Positions 53,388 through 62,443 of a stretch of 64,000 nt of DNA are shown in pieces (the first letter of the stretch is position 1; every line of letters begins with the position of its first letter). The DNA comes from a virus: positions 29,689-93,688 of IMG/VR virus record IMGVR_UViG_3300046810_000166; one strand, 5' to 3'. The notes beneath the pieces are model-generated. The model did not search any database. It was not told the DNA's origin and was given only the letters and a program-made list of their open reading frames with translations. The position numbers were made by a program, and so were the translations under genes.

Positions 53388-55421
53388 TTACTCCTGCGTC
53401 AGCAGCGGATATGGGTCGATGAACAGCTGTTGCTCAGCCCTCGCCGCCGGGGTCATAGTCCTGACGGACACGATCACGTCCGAGCCGACCCGGATCGGGA
53501 AGCGAGTCTTGAGCTTCATTTCGTACCTGTTCAGCCAGATCGTGTCGTTGGCGTAGCTCACCCTGATGGCGCTATCGGCAGGGTCAGACGCCAGTTTCGT
53601 CCACGCCGCCGCGTTCGGCGTCAATGCTTGGCCAAAGCCCGGCGCGGCCCAATTGGTTTCCTCATGCGGCGCGCCATCCGCATCCTCGTAGAGCACCGTC
53701 ATTGCCACCTCCGAAGTGGTCCACCCCATCGATTTCTCCATCAACAAGTTGAGGGTGACGGTGTTGGCGCTCGCATTCGTGCGGGTAGCGAAGCGCGGCG
53801 TTTCCAGCGCATAGGACGGCGCTGACGTAGTGGCGGTCACGTTGGGCGCGATCCGGTACGAGTATGGCGTGCCATCACGCAGACGGGCATTCAGCGTCGG
53901 GTACCCGCCGGACGGCCACCACCCCACCAGACCTTGCACACTGTCCACGATGGTTTCCTGCTTGCCGCCCGAGTTGCTGATAATGACGTTGCCTTGGCCG
54001 AACTGGTTATTGAAGCCAACGAGGGCATTGATGGCCGAGCGCCAGTTCGGGCCGGGGTCATTGATGCCATCAGCAAACTTGCAGTTCTGGAAGATGTGCG
54101 TGCCGATCGCCCACGTTGCGCCTGTCGCCATCAGGCGGCTACCCGTTGCAAAGCCCTTGAATTCAGTCCCGGTAAATACGAGTCGAGCCGTGTTGTTGGT
54201 GCTCATGCCGAAGATGGCGTCTTGGGCCTGAATTGCGCCGCGCTGCTCCATAACACCACCGTGAAAGTTCACTCGGTGGACAGTGTTTGAGTTGATGAGA
54301 GCGAAGCGATTGCCGGTCTTGCTGAACGGCCAAGAAAAACGGCAATCATAGAGGTCCGCCGCATGCCATGCCCCCTGATTACCAATGGCCTGCACATTGA
54401 GATACGGAGTGGCATAGCCGAGGCCATACCAATCGAAACAGTCGATACGAGAGCCCGCGCTCATTTGGACGCTCATGGCGCTCGCATAGTCGCCCCCGGA
54501 AGTCAGCTCGAACACGACATTACGCTGCCCGCCCGAGTACCGCGTTCCCTTGTGATAGACATAGGCGCCGCTGTACCAGGCCCATATGGCAGCGCTAGAA
54601 AGGTTTGTTACCGCAATTCTCAGGACCGGCTCCGGGCCATCTTCGGGCCACTCAGTGCCGTCGTCATATACATACGTCACCAAGTTGTTGTACGCCCCCA
54701 GCTCGGGAGCTGAGGTAGAGGTATTCGGGCCGTTTGCCGGGATGCTTTTGTTCGAGCGTACCGAAACAATGTCTCCCGGCTGCACCGGGAAGCCCATCGA
54801 GTTGACGTTCGCCCACAGCCCGTACTGGTAGGCGCCGACACTCTGCGGCCACATGGTAGCGACGGTGAACAGGTAGCCGTAGCAGCCGGACAAGCCCCCC
54901 TTGAACTGCTGGTCGGCCAGCGTGCTGCTGATGTTCGTCACCGCCGAGGTGACGATCATGTTCTTCACGTTGGCCGTGTAATTCAGGTTGACCGAGCCCA
55001 CGCGCGTCATGATCTGGCAGGTGCCGGCCGGCGCCGGGTTGCCGGCGGTCTTGGGGCCGCGTGCGTACACCAGACTGCGCAGCTGCACGTAGGCCGTGGC
55101 GGGAGTTGCCACGATGTTCGGCGTGACATCGACCGGCACCAGCACGGTCGACGCATTGATGGCGGTTGCCAGCGCCTCGGCGGCCGAGTCGGCGTCGGCG
55201 GCGGCGCCCAGCGTGGCGATCGAGGCAAGCGTGGCGCCGAAGATCGTGATGCTGCCACCGGACACGCCGGGCACGGCCGAGAACTTGATCTGCGCCACGG
55301 CGGACGCGGTCGACGCCCCTTTGGCCAAGCCATCGCCATCCTGCGGGATACCCCACTGCGCGGCCGGCGGGATGGCGGCATAGGCGGCATAGATGCCGTG
55401 ATCGACCCAGCGCCTAACCAT
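53388..55421 (-). CDS. Putative receptor-binding / beta-helix fibre protein
   Basis: About 680 aa, beta-rich; middle and C-terminal part has atypical codon usage. Confidence 0.55.
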   Translation of the reverse strand: MVRRWVDHGIYAAYAAIPPAAQWGIPQDGDGLAKGASTASAVAQIKFSAVPGVSGGSITIFGATLASIATLGAAADADSAAEALATAINASTVLVPVDVTPNIVATPATAYVQLRSLVYARGPKTAGNPAPAGTCQIMTRVGSVNLNYTANVKNMIVTSAVTNISSTLADQQFKGGLSGCYGYLFTVATMWPQSVGAYQYGLWANVNSMGFPVQPGDIVSVRSNKSIPANGPNTSTSAPELGAYNNLVTYVYDDGTEWPEDGPEPVLRIAVTNLSSAAIWAWYSGAYVYHKGTRYSGGQRNVVFELTSGGDYASAMSVQMSAGSRIDCFDWYGLGYATPYLNVQAIGNQGAWHAADLYDCRFSWPFSKTGNRFALINSNTVHRVNFHGGVMEQRGAIQAQDAIFGMSTNNTARLVFTGTEFKGFATGSRLMATGATWAIGTHIFQNCKFADGINDPGPNWRSAINALVGFNNQFGQGNVIISNSGGKQETIVDSVQGLVGWWPSGGYPTLNARLRDGTPYSYRIAPNVTATTSAPSYALETPRFATRTNASANTVTLNLLMEKSMGWTTSEVAMTVLYEDADGAPHEETNWAAPGFGQALTPNAAAWTKLASDPADSAIRVSYANDTIWLNRYEMKLKTRFPIRVGSDVIVSVRTMTPAARAEQQLFIDPYPLLTQE

Positions 55422-55878
55422 GACCGCCCTCGCCATTGAAATAAGTGGTGCGCAGCGCGAAGTTCTCGCTCAGCTGCACCGGCGGCTTGAGGACGTTGTA
55501 GGCGACTTGCGCCGTCACCTCGGGCAACAGTGCTTGCAGCGTGGCGACGCCGCGCTTGGCCGGCTCGCCGGCGATATCGATGTACTTGCGCGCGGTCATA
55601 TCCTCGTAGACGGCGGCCACATCGTCATTCGTTTTCTTGGCCTTGAGGATAGCGAGCTTCGCATCCCCGAAGCGGTCCATGAATGGCCCGATGTCGATCA
55701 GGTTCAGCCACTTGGGCACCTCGCTCGACTCGGGGATGACAGGCGTCACCGGCTCGGGCTGCGCCACATGGTCGTGGGTATCGAAGCCGAAGAAACGCAG
55801 GTTCGGGTCGACGGCTACCGCATCGTAGCGGTAGTCCTCAACCCCGGTTTCCTTGTTAATGCAGAGGAAGATAGTCAT
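55414..55878 (-). CDS. Fibre-associated / chaperone-like protein
   Basis: I...F..RF...K..I...YID pattern. Confidence 0.5.
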   Translation of the reverse strand: MTIFLCINKETGVEDYRYDAVAVDPNLRFFGFDTHDHVAQPEPVTPVIPESSEVPKWLNLIDIGPFMDRFGDAKLAILKAKKTNDDVAAVYEDMTARKYIDIAGEPAKRGVATLQALLPEVTAQVAYNVLKPPVQLSENFALRTTYFNGEGGHG

Positions 55879-56284
55879 AGCTTGCTCGTTTGCTCCAGAT
55901 CGATTCAAATTTGTCGGTACCGCCGGCCCACGCGATCACCGGGCCGCCATCGGCATCGATGGAGATCCTGCGGATGCGCCATGCCGGCGCTTCATCCAGC
56001 GCGCCCAGCGCCGCCTCGGCGCGGTAGGCCACGTCATCGGCGGCCACGTCGACGCGGCGCTCGTAAACGACTGGCGCCGGGGCAGTCCCACCGCCGCCGG
56101 GCAGCACCACCTCGATCAGGTCGATCTTGGCCGGCTCCTGCACGATCACCAGCGGCGCATCGGCCGGGCAGACCTCGATCACCAGCTGCACCTCGGTGAT
56201 GTTGACGGCCAGCGCCGATTCGGGGCTGACCGATTCGAGCACCAGCTGGGCGCCGGGCAGAATGCTGACGGCGAGATCGTTCAT
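55856..56284 (-). CDS. Hypothetical structural protein
   Basis: Y.AEA..G......WRI.RI...WA.G...F...W..R....Y. Confidence 0.55.
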   Translation of the reverse strand: MNDLAVSILPGAQLVLESVSPESALAVNITEVQLVIEVCPADAPLVIVQEPAKIDLIEVVLPGGGGTAPAPVVYERRVDVAADDVAYRAEAALGALDEAPAWRIRRISIDADGGPVIAWAGGTDKFESIWSKRASYDYLPLH

Positions 56285-56652
56285 GGCTTGCGGGTCACCG
56301 GGGTGAGCGGGCTGCAGGGGCCGTAGATGATGCGGGTGCCCTGCTCGTCGGCGTCGTACAGCATCAGGTCATACTCACCCGGCAGCGTGAAGCCGCTGGT
56401 GACCTCGGTGCGGAAGATCAGGGTGACGGTGCCGGTGGGCGCGTCGATCTCGATGCCGCCGTTCTCGGTCGACAGCTCCATCAGGACGGCGGGAGACTTG
56501 GCCTCCTCGCGCACCTGCAGCAGTGCTGTGTAGCCGGCCAGCGGCACCGGCTCGCCGCGCATTTTCAGGCGCATCGGCACGCGCTTGATGGCGCCGCGCA
56601 CGATCGTGAGCGGGAACAGGATGGCGTTGTCGGCGGATGGGATCTGGTTCAT
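56281..56652 (-). CDS. BppU-like / adaptor structural protein
   Basis: L.I..G....P..L.GYTA..QVR...LST.NG.I......G...L....YDL. Confidence 0.6.
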   Translation of the reverse strand: MNQIPSADNAILFPLTIVRGAIKRVPMRLKMRGEPVPLAGYTALLQVREEAKSPAVLMELSTENGGIEIDAPTGTVTLIFRTEVTSGFTLPGEYDLMLYDADEQGTRIIYGPCSPLTPVTRKP

Positions 56653-56658
56653 GTCTTG

Positions 56659-56674
56659 ATTTTCGTGTCACGAC
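56659..56674 (-). promoter_or_regulatory. Late promoter motif (leaderless)
   Basis: GTCGTGAC-ac-GAAAAT; ATG at 56652. Confidence 0.7.
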
Positions 56675-56724
56675 ATGAAAAAGGGCGAGCCTTGGCCCGC
56701 CCTTCATCTGGCCCGTTCGGGCGC

Positions 56725-57123
56725 TTACTTCTTGGCTGCTGCGGTCTTCTTGGCGGCCGGCTTTTCGGTCGGCTGTTCGACCGGCTGTTCGACCGGCGGC
56801 TGCTCGGTGGCGGTGCCTTCCGGCTGCTCGCTCACGGCGCCAGTGTCACCAGCTGCGGCGGCTGCATCGGCGCTGCCGGCGTCGGCGGCGACTTCACTGG
56901 CCGGCGGCTGCGCCGGTTGCTCGGGCTGGGCTTTCGCGACGGCGGCCTGCTCGGGCCCCTTGGACTGCTCCAGAATGAAGAAGCCGGGCACGTTGAGGAA
57001 GATATCGAGGGCTTCGCCGCCCACCGGCTGAACGGATACAAGGCGGCCTTCCTCATCGCGCGTGAACTCGACGCCGTTGACGTTGGTGGAAGAATTCGGG
57101 TTGGTATTGACGATGTGGTGCAT
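56725..57123 (-). CDS. Acidic/Pro-Ala-rich protein downstream of capsid
   Basis: GGAG RBS; low-complexity EQP repeats. Confidence 0.6.
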   Translation of the reverse strand: MHHIVNTNPNSSTNVNGVEFTRDEEGRLVSVQPVGGEALDIFLNVPGFFILEQSKGPEQAAVAKAQPEQPAQPPASEVAADAGSADAAAAAGDTGAVSEQPEGTATEQPPVEQPVEQPTEKPAAKKTAAAKK

Positions 57124-57145
57124 GTTGATCTCCAGAGGATGGTCG

Positions 57146-57173
57146 AAAAAAGCGGGACCGAAGCCCCGCCTTT
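57146..57173 (-). terminator. Rho-independent terminator after major capsid gene
   Basis: GCGGG-cttcggt-CCCGC then T6 on the minus strand. Confidence 0.65.
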
Positions 57174-57198
57174 CAGGTCACATCAGGCCGGGGCCCGA

Positions 57199-58656
57199 TT
57201 AAAACGGCTGCCAGACTTGCGAGGCCGGCACGATGTTCTTGATGACCACGTGCTGGCGACGCTTGGTGATGCGCAGGTAACCGCAGATCATTTGCAGCCA
57301 CGGATCGATCGGCGAGTTCACGGCGGCCATCGGGATCTTGATCATCGGCATGTACTGCTTCCAGCTGATGGCGTGGTCCGATGCGCGCATGTTCAGCATG
57401 TACGCGGTGGTCGAGCCCGGAATCTCGCGATTCTTGTCCTCGAACACGGTGGTGGCGCCGGTCTTCGGGATGCGGCACATTTCGCGCATATCCGCCAGAT
57501 CGTTGGTGCCGCCGCGCTTCGAGCGGTAGATCACGTAGCCGGTTTCATCGCCGCCCAGCGAGCCGGTGATGGTCAGCGTAACCTTGCCGCCAGCTGCCAC
57601 GGCTGCCTGCGCGGTGACCACCGGGGTCGACTGGCCCGACTTGTTGATCGAGGTGACGGCGTAGAAGAATTGGCCGGCCTGCGGCGCGGTCCATGCCGAA
57701 TCCGAGCCACCCGAGGCCTGCGCGGCGACAGCGACGCCCTGCGGTGCCATGGTGGCCAGCTTGGCCGCGACCTTGGCGTGGGCCTTGTTGCGCAGCTGGA
57801 AGACCTTCTTCATCTTCTCATCGCGGATGAACACGTCCTGATTGGTCTTGATCACGCCGAAGGCGGTCTTGATCGCCGACACGTGCGCGCCGTAGCTGAT
57901 GTCCTTGCCGCTGCCTTCCAGCACGACACGGAAGGCCGGGTCCAGCTTGTTGTTCAGGTCGGTCTGAGCCGAGCCCGACAGGAACAGGTCGGTCGAGGTG
58001 CCGAAGCTCTCGATGCCCCACACGGTTTCAGCGGCTTGGCTGATCGGTGCGATGTTGTCCAGCGGTGCGCCGGCCATATCGATCACGTGGTCGACCGAAT
58101 CCAGCAGCTCGATCTGGCGCTTGATGCCGTTGAACTCGGTCGGCACGACCGCATCGTTACCCTCGAAGGACAGGTACTCGATGTCCGACAGCAGCTGCAG
58201 CGCGCCGTTGGCGGCTTCGACAGCCTTGGCCGACACGATGTTGTTCTGCGCGTTCAGGACCAGCGACACTTTGCGGTAGGTCGACAGGTATTTCACCTGA
58301 CCGACTTGGCGAGCGTAGTCGCCTTCCGCTTCTTCGGCTTCGCCGGCTTCGGTGTTGGTCGAACCACCCAGCACGCCGCCGATGCCGTACTGCTCGGTCC
58401 ATTCATCGACCGTCGCGGTTGCCGAAGGCTTCGGCAGGCGGTTGAACAGCACGAAGTGGCTGTTGTCCTGAATGGTCGCCTGCATGGTGGTGTCCAGCGA
58501 CTGGATGCGCAGCGCGGCGCCGCCTTCCAGACCGGCGGAATCCGAGCCATAGCCCGCTTCCAGCGCTTTGTTGAGAGCGGTCAGCTCGGTCATGCCAAAC
58601 GCGCCGGTGAGCGTTTCCCCTTCGCCCGCGTTCTTGATGATGTTATCGATACTCAT
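57199..58656 (-). CDS. Major capsid protein
   Basis: KAL.AGYG......G.ALR.QSLD N-terminus, EF.GI, VID..G..L; position after protease and scaffold. Confidence 0.88.
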   Translation of the reverse strand: MSIDNIIKNAGEGETLTGAFGMTELTALNKALEAGYGSDSAGLEGGAALRIQSLDTTMQATIQDNSHFVLFNRLPKPSATATVDEWTEQYGIGGVLGGSTNTEAGEAEEAEGDYARQVGQVKYLSTYRKVSLVLNAQNNIVSAKAVEAANGALQLLSDIEYLSFEGNDAVVPTEFNGIKRQIELLDSVDHVIDMAGAPLDNIAPISQAAETVWGIESFGTSTDLFLSGSAQTDLNNKLDPAFRVVLEGSGKDISYGAHVSAIKTAFGVIKTNQDVFIRDEKMKKVFQLRNKAHAKVAAKLATMAPQGVAVAAQASGGSDSAWTAPQAGQFFYAVTSINKSGQSTPVVTAQAAVAAGGKVTLTITGSLGGDETGYVIYRSKRGGTNDLADMREMCRIPKTGATTVFEDKNREIPGSTTAYMLNMRASDHAISWKQYMPMIKIPMAAVNSPIDPWLQMICGYLRITKRRQHVVIKNIVPASQVWQPF

Positions 58657-58671
58657 TGATTTCCCCGAAGG

Positions 58672-59457
58672 TTAATTGGAAAACACTTTGGCGCGGATGC
58701 TGTCAGGGACAGCCAGACCGCTACCGATTGCAGCCTCGGCCATTGCCACGTCCTGCAGGGACATCTTTCCCTCCTTCTGCAGGGACAGGCACTTGCCGAG
58801 GAATTCTTGAGGCGGCAGACCCTTCTGGTCCGCATCGCCGTTGTTCAGGGACTTCACCATCGGCTCGCCGCCGGTGACGTGGCCCGGATTGGCCACGCTC
58901 TTGCGGCCGGCCGGCTGGTTGCGCAGGGCGTCGATATCCGAGCGCAGGCCGGCGATGGTTTCGCCCTGCGACTGACCCAGCGCCACGGCCTCGCCCAGCG
59001 ACTTGGTCAGGGCTTCGATCTCGCCGCTTTGCTTGCTCAGCAGCATGATGGATTGGCCCAGCAGCTGCTTGACCACGGTTTCGGTACCGTCCAGACGATC
59101 GCCCAGCGCTTTCAGCATTTCGCCGCCGTCGAAGGCTTCGATCTCGTCGCCGTTTTCCAGCGTCAGCGTGATCTTGGCCGGGGCAGCGCCGCCGATGCCG
59201 TCGCCGGCAGCCTGCGACTTGGCCAGCTCGGCAGCTTCTGCGGCAGCAGCTGCAGCGGCCTCCTCGGCTTCCAGCTGCTCGGGCGTCTTGTCGCCGTTGC
59301 CTTCGCCTTCACCTTCGCCAGCGGCGGCAGTGGTGGTCGTGGTCGTGGTCGTAGTGGTCGTGGTGATTGCGCCGTCAGTGCCGTTCTCGGCCGGGGCGCC
59401 CAGACCATGAGCGGCCGCGAGGGTGCCCATGGACTTGATCAAAGCTTCAAAGCTCAT
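58672..59457 (-). CDS. Putative scaffold protein
   Basis: Acidic, low complexity, coiled coil, repeated KS/KA motifs; between protease and capsid. Confidence 0.65.
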   Translation of the reverse strand: MSFEALIKSMGTLAAAHGLGAPAENGTDGAITTTTTTTTTTTTAAAGEGEGEGNGDKTPEQLEAEEAAAAAAAEAAELAKSQAAGDGIGGAAPAKITLTLENGDEIEAFDGGEMLKALGDRLDGTETVVKQLLGQSIMLLSKQSGEIEALTKSLGEAVALGQSQGETIAGLRSDIDALRNQPAGRKSVANPGHVTGGEPMVKSLNNGDADQKGLPPQEFLGKCLSLQKEGKMSLQDVAMAEAAIGSGLAVPDSIRAKVFSN

Positions 59458-60341
59458 TGGCTTTCCTTTGTTAATGCAAATTGCAGGTCGTTGAGGAATC
59501 GCTGCACGTACCGGGCCGCATGGGCCGCCGGGATGGCGAACAGCTTCTGCGCCGCAGCGACGAATCCCTGCTGCGACATATCGGCCACCGATCCCGTCTG
59601 GATCGCGTTGGCGAATTGGTCACGGAAGTCCCAATAGCTCATCAGCTTGGTGTCGAGCGACTGCACGCGCAGGGCGGCGCCGCCGGTGAGCGATGCGGAG
59701 TCGGTGCCGTAGCCGGCCTCCAAGCCCTTCATCATCGCGCCCCAGCTCTTGGCCAGCGGCCCGAACGCGGTGGTGCCCACCGTGCTCAGGTTGTCGTTGA
59801 CCGGCGTCTTGGAAAATCCGATGTTGGTCCAGCGCACGCCGGTGATCACGGCGGTCTTGTTGCCCCTGCCGTCGAGCTCCACCGCCTTGCCGGTCACCGC
59901 GCCGCCCACCGAGGGATACCAGCGCTCGGGCGGGCTGACCTCGGTAAGCGAGGACCAGAACAGGTCCGCCTTCTGCGCGGCGGCGCCGCTGCCGGCCTTG
60001 ATGTGGCCCTTGACGAAGGTGGTCCCGTTCTCGATGCGCACCGCGACCGGCACGCCGATCTCGTAGGCCATGTAGTCGGGGATGCCCCGCTTGGCGCCGA
60101 TCTGCGTGTAGTGGTCAATATCGAGGTTGCCGAACTTGAGGTAGTAGTCGGCCGAGTTGGCCAGCGCCTGCGCCAGCACCTTCTCGCCCTGCTGATCCTT
60201 CGCCTCGTTGCTGGCCTCGATATACACGAAGCGCTCAGCCCCTTCCGTGGCGGGCGTTGCCTTGAGCATCTGGCCGCCCACCGCGAGGTGAACGGGCAGC
60301 GTGTCGAGCAGCAAAATATCGTTGTCGTGGCCGGTGTCCAT
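59454..60341 (-). CDS. Putative prohead protease
   Basis: EAS.E..DQQGE, GN.D.DH, SVGG, PVN motifs. Confidence 0.7.
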   Translation of the reverse strand: MDTGHDNDILLLDTLPVHLAVGGQMLKATPATEGAERFVYIEASNEAKDQQGEKVLAQALANSADYYLKFGNLDIDHYTQIGAKRGIPDYMAYEIGVPVAVRIENGTTFVKGHIKAGSGAAAQKADLFWSSLTEVSPPERWYPSVGGAVTGKAVELDGRGNKTAVITGVRWTNIGFSKTPVNDNLSTVGTTAFGPLAKSWGAMMKGLEAGYGTDSASLTGGAALRVQSLDTKLMSYWDFRDQFANAIQTGSVADMSQQGFVAAAQKLFAIPAAHAARYVQRFLNDLQFALTKESQ

Positions 60342-60348
60342 GAACAAC

Positions 60349-60364
60349 ACCTTATTGTCACGAC
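60349..60364 (-). promoter_or_regulatory. Late promoter motif (leaderless)
   Basis: GTCGTGAC-aa-TAAGGT; ATG at 60341. Confidence 0.7.
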
Positions 60365-60453
60365 TTTTTCCGCGCGAAAATTTGCACAAAAAAAAGCCCA
60401 CCGGGTGAGGGCGGGCCGAAATCGGGTGGAACCCGATGGACAAGTTCAGCGTA

Positions 60454-61023
60454 TCACTGTCGGGGCCGCCAGAATAGGGTCAGGGACTTGATCATTCCGG
60501 GGTGGGTACGGGTCCGTTTGACCTTGCGCACGAATTCGGCCACCGGCATGGCCACGATGCCGCCGAAGAAGCGCGGGTCGTTGTAGTGTTCGAGGTAGGC
60601 GGCCTCGGCGGCATCCTGCGAGGGGAAGTCGATCATGACCTTGTCCTCGTCGTAGGCGCTCCAGTCATTGCGGCGCATCTGGCGCACGATGTAGACCTGC
60701 TCGGCGTCGGCATAGGGCCCGATGTACACGTCGACCGGGTCGCCATCGGCGCCGCAGGTGGCCTCGATCTCGCCATACGCATAGCGGAACTCGGTGCGCC
60801 ATGGCGCGCCGCCTTCATCCACGCCCTCGCGTACGGTGCCCACCGGGTTCTCGATGTTCACCTGCAGGCCCTGCCAGTCCATGCGCGGCTTGTAGTAGTC
60901 GCCGGTCTTGGCCAGCTCGGGCGGCGGCTGGCTCCACTTCGGGTCGGTGGTGGCTTCGAGCGCGCGCTTGGCCGAGTCGAGCAGCAGCTGCTGCGGGATG
61001 GCCTTGAGGAGCAGGATGGTCAT
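60454..61023 (-). CDS. Inorganic-pyrophosphatase-like (InPase) domain protein
   Basis: IENP.G..R.G......W......YG.I....GADGDPVDVYIGP...DEDKVM..F. Confidence 0.75.
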   Translation of the reverse strand: MTILLLKAIPQQLLLDSAKRALEATTDPKWSQPPPELAKTGDYYKPRMDWQGLQVNIENPVGTVREGVDEGGAPWRTEFRYAYGEIEATCGADGDPVDVYIGPYADAEQVYIVRQMRRNDWSAYDEDKVMIDFPSQDAAEAAYLEHYNDPRFFGGIVAMPVAEFVRKVKRTRTHPGMIKSLTLFWRPRQ

Positions 61024-62219
61024 GACTGTGCCTTGTTGCCCTTGGTGGGCGAGGTGCGGTGCTTGTGGAAGTGCTGGTCGAGCCACTTCTGGAAGTCGGG
61101 GTCGTCGTGCGGGCCGGCCTCGGGCAGCGTGTCCCACGTGCCCCGGCAGTGCGGGTGCACGGTACCGGCCGGAATCCACCACATTTCGGACGGCATGCGC
61201 TCGACCAGCTCATTCCCCACGCGCTTGCGGCCGGCGCTGGAGCGGCCGATGTTGTTCTTGCCCGGCCAGACCTGCGTGTCGCCGTCCTTGTCCGGGGCGT
61301 CCGCCGGCACCACTTCCATGGTGACGCCGTCGATGCGCTTGCAGAAGGGGCAGGCGCCCTTGTACTGCTCGATGCGCTTGACGCGCGAGCCGGGCGTCAG
61401 GGAGGCCAGAAAGCCCTGATTGGCGTTCTCCCCGGCCTCGGTGAGGGCGATGCGGCGCCAGTCGCGGTTCAGGGCGGCGAATTCATCGAACAGCTTCTGC
61501 TGCAGGTTTTCGCGGCTGGCCACCGGGTCGCCCTGCGCCTTGTCGAACGTGTGCTGCAGGATGACTTTCTTGACCCGCTGGCGCGCCGACGCGGTCAGCG
61601 CCACCACCTGCTCCATGCACCGGGCCTGCCCGAATTCCATGATGGCGTCCAGCTTGGTGAACTTGAACGCCTGCTGCGCGGCCGCGACCGTGACCGGCAG
61701 GGCCGCCACGACCGGGTCGAGCTCGGGCACGGTCGGCGCCTGCCCGTTCATCACCGCCTGCACCCGGCCGAGGATCGAGGCGCGCACCGCGAACCACTCG
61801 GCCTCGGTGCGCAGCACGGCCTCGGGCATGTAGGAGTGCAGCAGGTAGTCGACCACCAGTGACCAGTCCGAGAACGTGAACGCCTCCACCGGCAGGCTGG
61901 TGAGGTACAGGTGCGCCAGCGCCGACTCCTCGGCCGTCCAGTTCTCCACGAAGCCGGGCTTGGCCACGTGCTTGGCGGCCGGGTCGTGCATCTTGCCATC
62001 GGCCCACGCCATCAGGCCATGCTGCACGTGCTGCAGCATGGTCAGGCCGCGCGCGGTGAACAGCTCGATGATGCGGGCGATGAACGGGCTCTGGTGCGGC
62101 TCCCAAATGTCATGCGCGTCGCCATCCTCGCCCGAAATGGCCTTGGCCAGCCCTTCCAGCGCGTGGTCCGTGCAGCAGGCCGACAGGCCGCCGAGGTCGA
62201 CCAGCAGCGGCGTGCTCAT
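61020..62219 (-). CDS. Head morphogenesis (MuF/gp7-like) protein
   Basis: RDWRRIA.TE...CPFC...HPHCRG.W. Confidence 0.75.
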   Translation of the reverse strand: MSTPLLVDLGGLSACCTDHALEGLAKAISGEDGDAHDIWEPHQSPFIARIIELFTARGLTMLQHVQHGLMAWADGKMHDPAAKHVAKPGFVENWTAEESALAHLYLTSLPVEAFTFSDWSLVVDYLLHSYMPEAVLRTEAEWFAVRASILGRVQAVMNGQAPTVPELDPVVAALPVTVAAAQQAFKFTKLDAIMEFGQARCMEQVVALTASARQRVKKVILQHTFDKAQGDPVASRENLQQKLFDEFAALNRDWRRIALTEAGENANQGFLASLTPGSRVKRIEQYKGACPFCKRIDGVTMEVVPADAPDKDGDTQVWPGKNNIGRSSAGRKRVGNELVERMPSEMWWIPAGTVHPHCRGTWDTLPEAGPHDDPDFQKWLDQHFHKHRTSPTKGNKAQS

Positions 62220-62443
62220 CGAACGATCCTTACCTCGGACTCGGTTTCGATCCAGACCCGCGCGCCACAGCTCAGCGGCTTCTCGGGCGAGTGCACGATC
62301 TTCGAGGGCCCAAGGATCTCGACTTCGTGCGCGTACTGGTTCGACTGGTAGGTCTTGACCGTGATGGTCGGATCATGCGCCTCGGGCGGCTTGCGCAGGT
62401 TGGCGCGGATCACATGCTGGTTGACGTGGATGATGGTTTTCAC
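62216..62443 (-). CDS. Conserved phage hypothetical protein
   Basis: IHVNQH.IR.N....P.ITVK...LSCGARVWIET. Confidence 0.7.
   Translation of the reverse strand: MKTIIHVNQHVIRANLRKPPEAHDPTITVKTYQSNQYAHEVEILGPSKIVHSPEKPLSCGARVWIETESEVRIVR

Noticed and set aside
28729-58659. Very long plus-strand ORFs (e.g. 28729-31377, 40648-43416, 51324-53825, 56656-58659)
   Set aside because: Antisense shadows of high-GC minus-strand structural genes
59330-59367. (ACC/ACG)n trinucleotide run
   Set aside because: Encodes a poly-Thr linker in the scaffold with mixed codons; in-frame, not a phase-variation tract
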